From Phaeosaccion multiseriatum (lineage: Eukaryota; Protista; Ochrophyta, other classes): DNA of 64,000 bases. The stretch is taken from assembly GCA_965112735.1 (NCBI GenBank), contig OZ218950.1, positions 124,001 through 188,000 of the forward strand, written 5' to 3'. A model generated the notes under the pieces. The model made no database searches and was not told the origin of the DNA. It was given only the letters and a program-made list of their open reading frames with translations. Below, one piece after another: positions 24,330 to 36,700 of the stretch; position 1 is the stretch's first letter; every line of letters begins with the position of its first letter. Position numbers and translations under genes: made by a program.

Positions 24330-25693
24330 CTACTTGAGGTCTTGTCCCTCGTCCGCATCCCCTCCCCTCCCCTCGCCCCCTCCTGCTCTTGCTGCTGTTG
24401 CCGCTGCTGCTTGTGCTCTTGAGCCCCCTGTCAGCGCCGCTAGAATCTTCATCAGCAGCACAGCACACGGGATAGAGAGACGCTCACAGGGGGGGGAGTC
24501 TCCCTTGAGAGCGAGCCTGACTCTCAGCCGTGCAAAGACCCTGGCCCTCAGACCCTGTGGTCCTCCGCCCTTGGACTGGTGCACCTTCATCGCTTCACTC
24601 TCAAGGCTTCTGTGTATGCATGTGTCGACTTGTCCCGCTGCCCAGCTTCGTCCCTGACCTTTCACTCTCGGCTTCGAGCGCCACTCTCTAATTGGTTGAG
24701 TAACGTCCTCCCCTCACCAACGAGTCGTCATCTCCAGACCCTCGGATAGAGATCTGCAGGCAGCTGGCAGTCCCTCCCGACCACCAGTCTGAATAGACAG
24801 CAAGCACCTGCAGGCAGACTCTCCAAAGCGCAGGTGTCACAACGCCCCAGCAAGAGTGTCCGCAGAGACGCAGGCAGCCTAAGGGGGAGGTTAAAAATGG
24901 ACATCATCTCGACCTCCTCAACACTGCTGACAGAACCTCCAGCCCAATCTGATGTTGCGTTCAAGCCTGATGATCTTCGGGTAGGCAGGCAGTTCCAGAC
25001 GGAGACTACACTGGCACCCCATCTCCACCTCCTCCACATAACAAGGAAGGATTAGGTGCTGATCGAACTTGCAAAAAACTCAAACTTTATCTTCTTCAGC
25101 GAGGCAGGCAGCTCCAAAGGGAGGTCAAAGTCACGCCCCATGTCCACCTCCTCCACTCCACAAGGAAAGACCAGGTGCTGATTGAACCTTGTTGAGTGCT
25201 TCTCAAATCTGAGCTTCTTCAGCGAGGCAGGCAGGTCCAGAGGGAAGTTGAAGCCCTTCCCCATCACCACTTCCTCAACTGTGCTGGGTAGACTGGGTAG
25301 ACATGCGTCGGCCTGGGTGGAAACAGTCGGAGAAACTCACACGTGAGACCGATGCTGGCAGCAGTGCCAGCACTTTCGATATCAGAGCCTCATCCGCAGA
25401 GGCCTAATCTTGTCCTTTGGATCTTGGTCGGTCCTGAGGCCGAGCTCCACAGCTACGACGCGAAAGAAGCCTCCCTCGCCATGAGATCCGGCCTCGTTGC
25501 GCTGCCTCTTCCTGCCCTGCTCCTCTTCCTGCCTTGCGTGAATCTCCCTCGACCTTCGCACCCATTCGGCAGGACCTCCTTCCTCAGGAATCGTAGCCTT
25601 CTCTCCTCCTCTTCTTTCTGCCGGCTCAGTCTGCTGGACATCCTCAGGCATGGAAGCGTTTATCACCAGAGTGCGGGAGGTGGACTCATCCAC
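24330..25693 (-). pseudogene. Frameshifted FNIP-type leucine-rich-repeat gene
   Basis: Repeats VEEV.MG..FN.PLDLPASLKKL.F / FNQHLVFPCGVEEVDMG.DFDLPLELPASLKKI / IFNLPLRLPASLRTLLLG are split over several frames with stops. Confidence 0.65.
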
Positions 25694-25836
25694 TTCCTTG
25701 CATTTCCCTCCATAAAGCTTGAGCTTTGTGCAAAGAAAAAAAGGGTAGAATCTGGCCCAGTCCCCTCACAGATGGCGGTGCCACCTATTTCCTATTTCCC
25801 TCCTCTTCCTCCTCAGAGAAAGGAGACACAATAGAA

Positions 25837-27168
25837 ATGAAGAGACCAGTCCGAAGTGTGCTTGTGACAGGTGGTGTGTTGGCCACGCTGTGCGCCTTGC
25901 CGAGCAGCGATGCCCTCAGGTAAGAAGCAACAGCACAAGGTGCAGCCTCGAAGGAAGGAGTGGGAAAGGCTTCATGGGGATAGCATACCCCGCGGCCGAA
26001 GGATAGATGGGACTTGAGTGAGGAACCAGCGGCAGTAGCAGCAGCCAACTGTTTGAAATTGCCCTCCTTAATTTTTGCCCTCCTTAATGTGGAAGTCTTG
26101 GTGCTCCATACTGCTGTAGCACTCTTGGTGCCTATCTCTCTATCCTTCACCCATACTCACCAGCCTGCGCCCCTCACCCCTCTCTCATCTCCCTGCTACC
26201 ACTTCCGAACTGTCACCCCCCTCCTGCCTCGGTCTCTCTTCCCGCGTAGGTTGACTCTACGCTGTGCCGCCTCGGGGCCTCCCCCTCTCCCCCTCCCCAC
26301 CACCTCCACCTCCACCTCATCCACAGCTGCTCCTGTTCCTCTGTCCCGGCGGCGCCTACTCCAGCGAGGCGCCTCCATCGCAGCCGCAGGCGTGCTCACA
26401 GGCGACAGTCTGCGAGGCCTGACTAGCACCGAGGGAGGAGTGCTGCTGCCGGCCTCTGTCTCTGCCGCTGTCCCAGCCTCTTCCCTTCCCGAGGAAGCCT
26501 ACACCACCCTGGGCAAAAGCGGCCTTCGCAGCTGCCGAGTCCTCAACGGAATGTGGCAGCTGAGTGGGGCACACGGCTTCCGCCCGAAGGTGGGTCCGGC
26601 CCTTGCCGCGATGGGCAAGCTCGGGGAGGAGGGCCTCACCACCTTCGATCTTGCCGACCACTACGGCCCTGCAGAGGATTTTGTGGGGGCATTTAGGGCA
26701 GAGCGGCCCAACACCGCACAAAAGGCCCAATTCTTCACAAAATGGGGTGAGTGGGTTGGCGCGGCTGGAGGGGGTGAGGAGTTTTATTGGCTTATGTGGA
26801 GGGGGTGGTGTGGATTCTTCCATCCATTGGCCTGCCCTCTCCCTCCCTGCGCAAAGTCTGCTTTGCTCCCTCTTGCTTATTGGCTGATGAGCTTAAGCCC
26901 CCCCCCCCCCCCTCTCTCTCCCTCTCTCTCTCCTCTCCCCCTCTCTTTCGCTGTGCTTCCTTCCAAAACACCTGCCCCTGCTCTAAGCAGTGCCCCGCCC
27001 CGGCCAGATGCCCAAGGAAGTAGTGGAGGCGGCTGTGGACCGCTCGGTGTCCAAGATGGGCGGGGCACCCCTCGACATGCTCCAGTTTCACTGGTGGGAC
27101 TACAACGCCCCGCAATACATGGACGCTCTCCGGCACCTTTCAGAGCTCAAGGAAGGCGGCAAAATCAA

Positions 27169-27227
<59 letters not shown>

Positions 27228-28744
27228 TGTGTATGTGTGTGTATGTGTGTGTGTATGTGTGTGTGTGTGTATGTGTGTGTGCAGTGTGTGTGTGTGTGTG
27301 TGTGCGTGCGTGTGTGTATGGTTGTATGTCTCACTCTCTCTCTCTCTCCCTTTTCCCCTCGCCACTCTCTTTTTCTACCATCCCCTGGGGACTCCCCCCC
27401 CCGCCCTCCCTTCTCTTACCGTATGACCACCTGCTGCTGCCTCTGCTCTTTTGGCCCATTCTGAACGGTCTACAGAGGTGTCTCTGACGAATTTCGACAG
27501 CGATCACGTAGAGAGGTAGGTGCGCGTGTGTGTGTGTGTGTGTGGTCCTTCGTGAGGAGGGAGTGAAGGGTTACGTCATGATGGCAGCAGATGGGCAGTA
27601 GATGGCAGTCTAAAATTGGTTCGGTGCAGCGGTGTGTGTGCGTGCGTGCGTGCGTAAGTCTTCGTGACGTAAAGTGTTGTCAGTGCGGTGCTAGTGGAGC
27701 GCCTCTGCTCACAGCCCACTCTCTTCTCCCCCCCTCCTCACCTCAACGACCTTCCCGCCACCCTTTCCCTTACTCGCGCACGCAGGATCACGGACAAGGG
27801 CATTGCGTTGGCCTCCAACCAGGTCAGTGCCACTCAGTACATGCGTTCCTCCGAGTGCTCGACGCGCTGTATGCCTTCAGCGCCCTGCTCCTTGCCGTTC
27901 CGATTTTCCTCACCTTTCTCTTCTTCTCTTCCACCTACCTTCCTTCTCTGTACCGTATCTTCCCTCTCACCCTCCTTCCTGACTCCCCCCCTCGGGGCGC
28001 TCGCTCCCTCGCTGCAGGTGCAATACAGCCTCATCGACCAGCGGCCTGGCCAGAAGATGGCGCAGGTGTGTGACGAGCGAGGCGTGAAGCTGCTATGCTA
28101 TGGAGTGCTCCTGGGAGGCTTCTTGTCGGACAAGTGGGTGGGACTGCCCGACCCTGCAAGCAGCGGCAGCATGGAAACCGTCTCGCAGAAGAAGTACTAC
28201 AACATGATACGGTATTGGGTGAGTACGGAGGGCGTGAGGGCGCGTGGGAGGGAGGGAGGGTTTTTGCTTGCCCCTTCACTAGTTCCGTTTCTGTCTCATT
28301 TCTCCTTCCCCGGAAGGGAGGAGAAACTGCTCGACAACTAACGTCTTTTCTTCTCTCTTTCTGTGTGCGTGTGTGCGTGCGTGTCAGGGCTCGTGGGAGA
28401 AGTTCCAGGAGCTACTCTCCGTCTGCAAGGAGGTGGCCTCCAAGCACGGCGTGAGCATCGCCCAGGTCGGCACCCGCTGGGTGCTCCAGCAAAAGGCGGT
28501 GAGTCTCAGGGAGGGGTGAGAGATTGATGAAATTAGCAAAACTGAACAATGCTTGAATTGACTGATGCAGGTTGGGGGCGCCATAATTGGCCAGCGTCTG
28601 GGCTACACAGAGCACGTCGCGGACACCAAGCGGGTGTTCGACTTCCAGCTGGACCGGCAGGACTTGGAGTCGCTGGCCGAGGCGAGCAGGGGGAGGGACC
28701 TCATGAGAATCATTGGAGACTGCGGCGACGAGTACAGGGCCTAA
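25837..28744 (+). CDS. Aldo/keto reductase (RSP5-like/plant plastid AKR type), ~8 exons, probable plastid targeting
   Basis: CRVLNGMWQLSGAHG, TTFDLADHYGPAED, LDMLQFHWWDY, VSLTNFD, SNQ|VQYSLIDQRP, LCYGVLLGGFLSDKW and C-terminal IGDCGDEYRA. GT-AG introns; hydrophobic N-terminus. Confidence 0.88.
27171..27320. repeat. (GT)n microsatellite starting at an intron donor
   Basis: About 150 bp of imperfect GT repeat. Confidence 0.9.
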
Positions 28745-29046
28745 AAATCTGACTGGAACTCTTAACCAACATATATAGACGGACTACAACCTCAACTCCC
28801 TCTCAGGGAAGCTCCTTCACCTTCAGCGCCAGAAGTGCAGGAGGAGGACGGGGTGTGAGGAGCCACTACACTTAACTACGCGCAAGAAAAAGAGGAAGGC
28901 GTGTGTTTGTTTGGTTAAAGTGCGGGTTTCATTATATTAAATACAGACAGGGGGGTGGCATGTGGCTGCGCGCTGCTTACCAAAGCCCTCTATATGCCCC
29001 AAATATGCCTCAAAATTTATCTAAACCCTGGTGGGGAGCAAGCTCC

Positions 29047-29700
29047 TTAGTTCCAGGTGTAAGCCTGTCCGAGGATGTCGTTGATGATGTAGGGGCGGCC
29101 GTTGAGCTGCTCGTGGACCATGAGGGCGAGGATGCCCATCTGCGCGGCGCGGCCGTTGTTGAGCTCGATGGAGCGCTTGCGGCTCTGGGTCTCCTCGTCC
29201 CAGGATGCCCAGGTGGAGTTCTCTCCGAACCTGTTCATGTCACCGGGGGTGGAGCCCTCCACCTGCTGCATGACGGCCAGCTCGAGGAAGCCGATGAAGG
29301 CGACCAGCTGGGCAATGCCGGCGGCGGGGATCTTGGAGAAGGCGGCAAGTCCGTTGGGCACGTCCGTGAACTTGATGTTCTCGGAGATGGAGAGGTATCC
29401 GGGCAGGCGCACGTTCTGCTGCACAAGGTGACCAGCGATGGCAAGCATGGAGATGCGTCCGTGCTTCACCTCGACGTATCGGAGTCGGTCGAATCGCTCC
29501 TGGTCGGCGTCGTTGAGGAGTCCGAGGGGGTCGAAGAATCCGAGAGGGGCCTGTGCTCCCTCGGCGTCCTCGAAGGCCATCTTCATGCTGCTGGAGCTCT
29601 TGGGGGCCTTGGCAACCGCGCTGCCGGTGAAGGCGGTGGGCGCCACGAAGGCGGAGGCGCACCCGAGGGTGGCCAGAGCGGCGACGCAGGCAGTCTTCAT
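29047..29700 (-). CDS. LHCF: Fucoxanthin-chlorophyll a/c binding protein (Lhcf family), intronless
   Basis: ASAFVAP bipartite presequence, GFFDPLG, FDRLRYVEVKHGRISMLA, ELNNGRAAQMGILALMVHE. Confidence 0.97.
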   Translation of the reverse strand: MKTACVAALATLGCASAFVAPTAFTGSAVAKAPKSSSSMKMAFEDAEGAQAPLGFFDPLGLLNDADQERFDRLRYVEVKHGRISMLAIAGHLVQQNVRLPGYLSISENIKFTDVPNGLAAFSKIPAAGIAQLVAFIGFLELAVMQQVEGSTPGDMNRFGENSTWASWDEETQSRKRSIELNNGRAAQMGILALMVHEQLNGRPYIINDILGQAYTWN

Positions 29701-29949
29701 TTTGTTTGCTTTAATAAAGGTGGGAGAAAGAATGTGCTTTTGTTTGTGCGGGAGTGGGGAGTGATTTCACTTGGGGAGGGCACGCTCCCAAAATCAAGAT
29801 AATCAAGGTGATGTCACCCCCTGAATTAAACTCATATTCACGTTTTGCTTGAGGAGGAGGATTTGGGATACATCGAAAGAATAAGGGCCGGCAGGAGAGG
29901 AAATAAAGAGCAGCAAGCAGTGAAGACGACTCATTTGCACAAGTTAAGT

Positions 29950-31107
29950 ATGCCTTCCCAAGCTGTCGTCACTCTTGCCCTGTTGGTGCCCTCCGTGGCG
30001 CTGCTCCACTCTGGAGCGCATGCCTTCACGGCGCCCTTGGCAGCAGGGAGGGTGGGGAGGGTAGGAGGGGCCAGCAGGGCAGCCAGCGCCACCACGCAGC
30101 TGTCTGCGGGCGCGGGGGCCTTTGGCACGGGCGGCTTCTTCGGCAAGAAGCCCGAGGTGGACTACATGACGCCCAAGAGTGAGTACGCCAACACTCCCGG
30201 CTCGCTCACCGAGACAGAGGAGCTTATCGGCGAGATCATGGTCACGGACGATGCCAGCGCCTCGAAGCTGGCCGACGACTGCATTTTGGAGGCCGAGCGC
30301 CTGTTCACGTCCAAGGAGGGCTGGAAGGGCGTGCTGGAGCAGGACGGGGTGTTCGTGGAGCAGAAGGACTTGCACGGGGCCTTTGGCAAGTCGGGCGTCA
30401 AGCTGGTGCGGGGCGTGGGCATCATCGACGCCTCGGCAGAGGACTTTTACAAGTTCCAGGTGTCCCGGGAGGGCTTCCAGGCCATTGACGAGTACCTGGT
30501 GAACCACCGCAATGTGGGCAAGTACACATGGGAGACGGAGGAGAAGAACGGCTACACCAAAGACGACTACGAGCTCATGATGAACAGGGTGGAGTGGCAG
30601 TACCCCACCAAGACCAGGGAGTTTGTGGCGCTCGACACTATCGACAGGAAGCGCAAGATTCTCATCTCCAAGAGCGCGCTGCACCCCGACCGCCCGGGGG
30701 GCAGCCGCTACCAGGACGACGTGCCCTTGGACGAGGACGAGTTTGTGAGGGCTGTGCAGTACTACGCCAGCAAGGTGGACGAGCTGGAGGATGGGCGCTG
30801 CTTGCTCACCATGGTCACCTGGGGGGAGATGTGCGACTCGTACAGCTCATGGTGGGTCAACAAGTTCAACGCACACGTGTTCATCACGCCCAAGTTCGAG
30901 CGCTTCAAGCGGGCCATGCAGGGGGAGGACGTGTTCGAGCTCAGTGACATTGTCAAGGAGGCGTGGAAGCTGCCTGCCCTGCTCATGGTCAAGCCCGACA
31001 CAGAGTCCTCCAACGCCTCCGACTTTGTCAAGAAGGAGATGGACAAGGCCGCGGCGGCAAGAGAAATCAGCAGAGACTCGGACATGTACGATGACAAGAA
31101 GGCATGA
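29950..31107 (+). CDS. Plastid-targeted START/SRPBCC-like lipid-binding protein, intronless
   Basis: Signal peptide plus AHAFTAP. START-like pattern: GWKGVLEQDGVFV, VRGVGIIDASAE, YPTKTREFV, LISKSALHPDRP, FVRA, VDELEDGRCLLTMV. Confidence 0.65.
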   Translation: MPSQAVVTLALLVPSVALLHSGAHAFTAPLAAGRVGRVGGASRAASATTQLSAGAGAFGTGGFFGKKPEVDYMTPKSEYANTPGSLTETEELIGEIMVTDDASASKLADDCILEAERLFTSKEGWKGVLEQDGVFVEQKDLHGAFGKSGVKLVRGVGIIDASAEDFYKFQVSREGFQAIDEYLVNHRNVGKYTWETEEKNGYTKDDYELMMNRVEWQYPTKTREFVALDTIDRKRKILISKSALHPDRPGGSRYQDDVPLDEDEFVRAVQYYASKVDELEDGRCLLTMVTWGEMCDSYSSWWVNKFNAHVFITPKFERFKRAMQGEDVFELSDIVKEAWKLPALLMVKPDTESSNASDFVKKEMDKAAAAREISRDSDMYDDKKA

Positions 31108-32396
31108 GCGCAGACCTGCTCGTTTTGATTGGTACCGTCGCATTAGGGCAGCGCTACTTTATTACGACGCACCGCTCTGCGGCGTAAACTCTCGGACCAT
31201 TGGAGACCATTGGAGTGTGAAGTCGAGCTTCTCTCGATAGCGACAGACATGATGGGGTTTGGAACAAGGGGCGGACGGACGACTCCATGGCAGTACGAGA
31301 CCACACAAGACAAGGCTACCCTGCATGCTCAGGGGTGATGAGAGCGAGGGCAGCACCATACAGGAGTACAGGCCGGGGCTGTTGGCTTGTTGGCTCTTGG
31401 CTGGCACAACGGGGCATGTACATACAACACGTGTAGCACAGAAGAGGGGGGGCGGGACTTTGAAGCCGAGTACCGCAGTCCCAGCCGGATGCTCACTAGA
31501 GAGCCCGAGGAACGAGAGCATCCGCAGGGGGAAGACCCTCTCCTTCCTCTTTCAATGTACTTAGTACTAATTACTCTAGAGAGAGAGAGAGAGAGGATGA
31601 TGCACCTCAAAGGCGATTGGCGTGCAGTGCCACTAATGTTACCAAAGAATCTGAGGTTCTTGTTGCACTCCCCTCACCCACCCCTACCTGGGACGCGTAA
31701 CCAAAACTGCTCAACTCGGCGATAGAGGCACTTTAGGGGGGGGGCGGAGGGAGGGCCCTCTGAGCTGCAAGACACCTTTATGTAAGACCCGCATGGCCAT
31801 TACGTAAGGACCAAGCTCTCTCTCTCTTGTAGAGGTTGCAGGCGGCAACGATGCCGACATTCGACTTGTCTCGACGAGGGCAGCACCATGCGCATGTTTA
31901 AGCGAAGTAGTTTGGGGGGATGTCTCTAAAACGGTGGTGTCTTGGAGGTGATTACTCTCTAGCACTATTCCCTTCAGCTGCCGTGGGTCCGGTGAAGTTT
32001 GTTTGAGAGACAATTGGGACCTTCCCTTCTTTATGTTTTCCCCTCTTCAGTAAATTTAACACTTTAATTTTAATTCGTTTAACATAAATAAATAAATGGT
32101 TTGTAACATTTGATACCATACAACCACCACAGAGCCCCTGAGAGACATCGGATGTGGCGGGGCAGCTTGACGCTCCATACATATCGCACTGCCGACGCTG
32201 GTGAACCTTCCTTCCGTTCCTTCCGTTCCTTCCTTCCTTCCTTCCCATCCCCCCTCTCTGTGCTCTGTGCTTGCCTATTCGCACCCCCCCCTCTCTCTGA
32301 CCGCACCTCCACCGCCCACTCCCCCACGCGAGGGGCATGAACAACAGTGCCGCCAAAAGAGCGCGTAGCCGCCCCTCTCTCTCCCTCTTTCTGAAG

Positions 32397-33762
32397 CTAG
32401 TACCCCCGCCTTCTTTGCTGCTGGTACTGCTGCTGTATCACCAACTGCTCCTGCTGCTGTCGCTGCACCTCCTCCCTGCTGAGCTGCGGTGCCCGTCCGA
32501 TCTGCTTCTTGACCTTGGCTTCCTCCCAAATCTCCATCACTTTCTTCTCCTGTGGGTGTGTGGGCGCGTGTGTGTGTGTGTGGGCGTGTCACCAGCAGCA
32601 AGACAGGAGGGGGTCAGAGGACCTCGGACGAGGTGGGAATCGATTGATCGCAGACATTCTATCATCATATAGGCATTGTGTCATCATATCAAGTGGACAA
32701 GTGGGGCCTCGGGGGGCGTCAAGTCACTCATAAGTGCTGCACCTGACCTGACGACCACGAGTGCGGAGAGAGCGAGAGAGGAAGAGATACATACAAACAG
32801 ACAGAGAGAGAGAAAGAAAGAGATACATACAAACAGACAGAGAGAGAGAGAAAGAAAGAGATACATACAAACAGACAGAGAGAGATAAAGAAGAGATACA
32901 TACAAACAGACAGAGAGAGAGAGAAAGAAAGAGATACATACAAACAGACAGAGAGAGAGAGAGAGAAAGAAAGAGATACATACAAACAGACAGAGAGAGA
33001 GAGAAAGAAAGAGATACATACAAACAGACAGAGAGAGAGAGAAAGAAAGAGATACATACAAACAGACAGAGACAGAATGAGACACGAGAGGGGTGCGTAT
33101 CGCACCTTCTCCTCGTCCCCCGCCGCACGACACACGTCGATGGCGATGTCGAATGTGTAGCTCGAGGCCTTACACCGCCGATTCAACATGACCTCAAGCA
33201 CCTCCACGGCCCACTGCCGATGCCGAGGGAAGGGAGGGGAGGGAGGACAAGGCCAGGACAAAGCACCAACAAGCACCACAGAGAGCAGCAGAGAAGATGA
33301 GATCGGCGTGTGAGGTTGTGAGTTTGCCAGGCAGTCCGTGTTGGGGGCGAAGTCAGTCAGTCAGTCAGTCAGTCAGGCAGTCACGGACGACTCTCTGTGT
33401 ATTGCCCCTCTACATCTGAACACTGTTTCTCTCCAGAGCCGCGGGCCCACCCTTAACCCCATCCGCTGCCATCCGCGGCCTCCGTCCTCCAATGGCCCAT
33501 TGGACCATCGCATGCCCCGACCCAAAGCGAGTGAGGAACACACTCTCTCTGGGTGGAACCCTCCCTCTCCCTTCTCCCCCCTCCCTCCCTCCCTCTCTCT
33601 CTCTCTCTCCTCCCTCCCCCCCTAGACTCACGTCTGCTTGGTTGGTGAGTGAGAGGAGGGCGGCGTCAAGGTGTCCGCTGTCGGGCCGAATCTTGCGCGA
33701 GTCCATGTCACGCAAGAGGCAAGCAGCAACCTTCCCACTGCAGAGCACAGGAAGGGTCGTGC

Positions 33763-33794
<32 letters not shown>

Positions 33795-36700
33795 GCAAGG
33801 CGGAGAGAAAGAGAGGAGAACAGAGTCAGTCAACAGCGAGCGAGCGAGGGGAGGGAGAAACCAGCGAAGACAAAAAGACAGACAGAAAGCGTATACGTGC
33901 GACAGCGAGCGGAACGAGCCTCTAAACCCAAGAGAGAGAGAGAAGAGAGAAGAGAGAAGAGAAGTATCTCTCTATCTCTCGATCTCTCGATCTCCCTATT
34001 ACTTACAGTTTGGCCTGAGCGCATGCATCCAACAGGGTCTTGTATGTCCTATCGTTGATGCGAATGTTGTTCTGCGCGATCTTACGGTGCAGGGCAATGG
34101 CCTGCTCGGGCCGTGACGCCAACACACACGTGTTCATGGCGGACGTCAGAGCGCGGCAGGACACGGGCAAGCGACGCCTGTGGGTGGGGATGGCAGTGGA
34201 TGGGATGGGATGGGATGGGATGGAAGGGGAGGGAAGAGGCAGCAGATGGCAGTGGAAGGAGGGGAGGGGGGGGGGGCGGCAGTGAGGCACGCGCACGACA
34301 CAGAGAACAAGGAAGGAAAGAAAGAAGGGAAGGGGACCAGCGAGGCGAGGGGCGGGAGGGGAGGGGAGGGGAGGAGTCGGACCAAGTCGGAACATGCACT
34401 CAATCCCTCCCTTCCCTCCCTGCCTCCCTCCCTCCCTCCCTCCCTCGCGTCTCTGTGCCCCTCTCTCGCTGCCCTGTCCGTCTGGGACGGTATCGCCTCC
34501 ATCCCTCCCTCCCTCCCTCCCTCCCTCCCTCCTGCCTCTTGGTCTGTCCCTCACCCCCAATCCACTGCCATCCTGCGCTGCTGCCGCTCACCTCTCCATC
34601 TCGGCGATGATGGCGACGGCTCTCTCCCACTCGAGCAGCCTCGCGCACGCCGTTAGAGCCCCGCTGCAGCTGTACGCGTCCCTGGCCACGCCTTGCAGTG
34701 GCATCTCGTCGAACAGCTGAGGATGACAGTGGATGGGGGAGGGGGATGGTAGTGGAGAGGGGGGGGGGGCGGAAATCTGGCATCAGACTACCGGCTGTGG
34801 GGTGTGAGTGAGGCGAGGGAGTCGAGCAAGTCTGTCCGTCTGTCATGCCTGCTCCACCATCCCAGCTTCAACTTGAGAGCTTCACCTTCAGCCCTCCCCC
34901 CCCCCCCGTCTGTCTCATTCTCTGTGCACTGCACGCATGCTCACGCACATGCCGCCAAATTGCTCTTCTATTTTGTCCATTCATTCAGTCATTCACTCTC
35001 TCACTCTCTCACCTCCAATGCTTGTGCGGGCATGTTGCTCCTCGTGAGGGCTGAGATGGCGCTGTTGTAGGAGAAGGAGGAGGGCTGAAGGCCCACCGTC
35101 TCCATCTCCCGGAACAAGTCCTGCGTAAGCATACGTGAGCATGCGTAAGCAACCCAACAGAAGCAGAGAGAACAGGCAAGAGACGGGGGGTAAGAGTTAG
35201 AAGGCACAGTCAAAGAGGGAGGCACCGGCAACGGGAAGACACACATACCATACCAACACACACAGAATTCTCGAGACAGGGGAGCAGGAGAAGGAGGGGG
35301 AGGAGGAAGCCAAGCCCCGCCCTGCCCTGCCCTATCCTGCCCTGCCCCAGTCTACTCACCAGTGCGAGCCTCCCTTCCTGGCTCCTGTCCCTCCCCAAGG
35401 CGGAGAGGCAGGCGTGGTAGGTGATGTGGTCGGGATGGCACCCCTCGGCCTCCGCCTCGCGCAGCAGAGAGAGCGCCTTGGCCCCCTTGCCGACAAGCTC
35501 ACACGCAGAAATTGCCGTGTTGTAGGAGATCTGTGGGATGGCAGCGGATGGGGGATGGGGGGCATTGACGCGATAGATAGAAAGGCGCATGTACGGACGG
35601 GCGTTGTGAGCTTGCTGCTTGTTGCATAGCCGAGAAGGGGAGCTTCCCTTACGTAAGAGGGCTTTCCCTCCCTTCCCTTTCTTGTGCATCTTTATGGGGC
35701 CCTCCTTCCCCCTCCACTCACGAGGTCCTCCTCGACCTTGAAAGCCTCCGTCCGCTGCCATCCCCCCTCCCTCAATCTACTGCCATCTCCACCTCCCCAT
35801 CGACTGCCACCCGCCCTGCCATCGACTGCCATCCCCCCCCCCCCCCATGGACGGTCGTCTCCTCACTCACCAGGTCCTTCTCAACCTTGAAGGCCCCCAT
35901 GGACTCAAACACGGTGAGCGTTTCGTCCCCCATGCGCGCATCGTTGCTGACCCCCATCAACGCGTTCATGCAGAAGCTGGCCACAGGCACAAGCACAACG
36001 GGAGGGTGGGGGGGAGGAGGAGGAGAGATGAGGAGGAGGGGGAGGAAGAGGAGGAGGAGGAGGAGGAGGAGGAGGAGGAGGGGGAGGAAGAGTGCCGGAA
36101 AAGGGAGGGCATGTAGACCACAGAGAGCCGCCAGAAATTCCCTCTGCCCACACCATATGCCTCCATCCACTCCACGCACGTACTCACGTGTCCGGCTTGA
36201 CACCCGCCTCCTGCATAACGGCAAGCACCTCCTTCGCCCTCGCCACGGAGTCCTTCCTGCCCGTCTTGCATGCGCTCACTAGCGACGCGTACGTCATGCC
36301 ATCTGGTGCCACCCCCGCCGCCAACATGTCCTGATAAAAGCCCATGGCGCGAGAGAAGGCCTCCGCCCTCATCTGCTCAATGCGGAAGGGGGTGCGTCCA
36401 TCCTGTTGTTGTTGTTGTTGCTGCTGTTGTTGTCTGCCGCTGTTGGCGCCGCCAGTACTGCTGCTGCCCCTGCTGCTGCCACCGTTGCGGCCTGAGTTTG
36501 AGCCTTTTGTTGTTGTGTAGGGAGACAAGAGGGATGATGCAACGGATGAGACGGACACCGGAAGTGATGTCTGCCTGCCTGTCGGCGTATCTATCTCCCT
36601 ATCTGCCTCTCTGTCTGTCTGTCTGTCTGTCTGTCTACTTATCTGCCTCCTATCTGCCTGCCTGCCTACCTGCCTGTCCGTCTCCTTCCAGCAACTTCAC

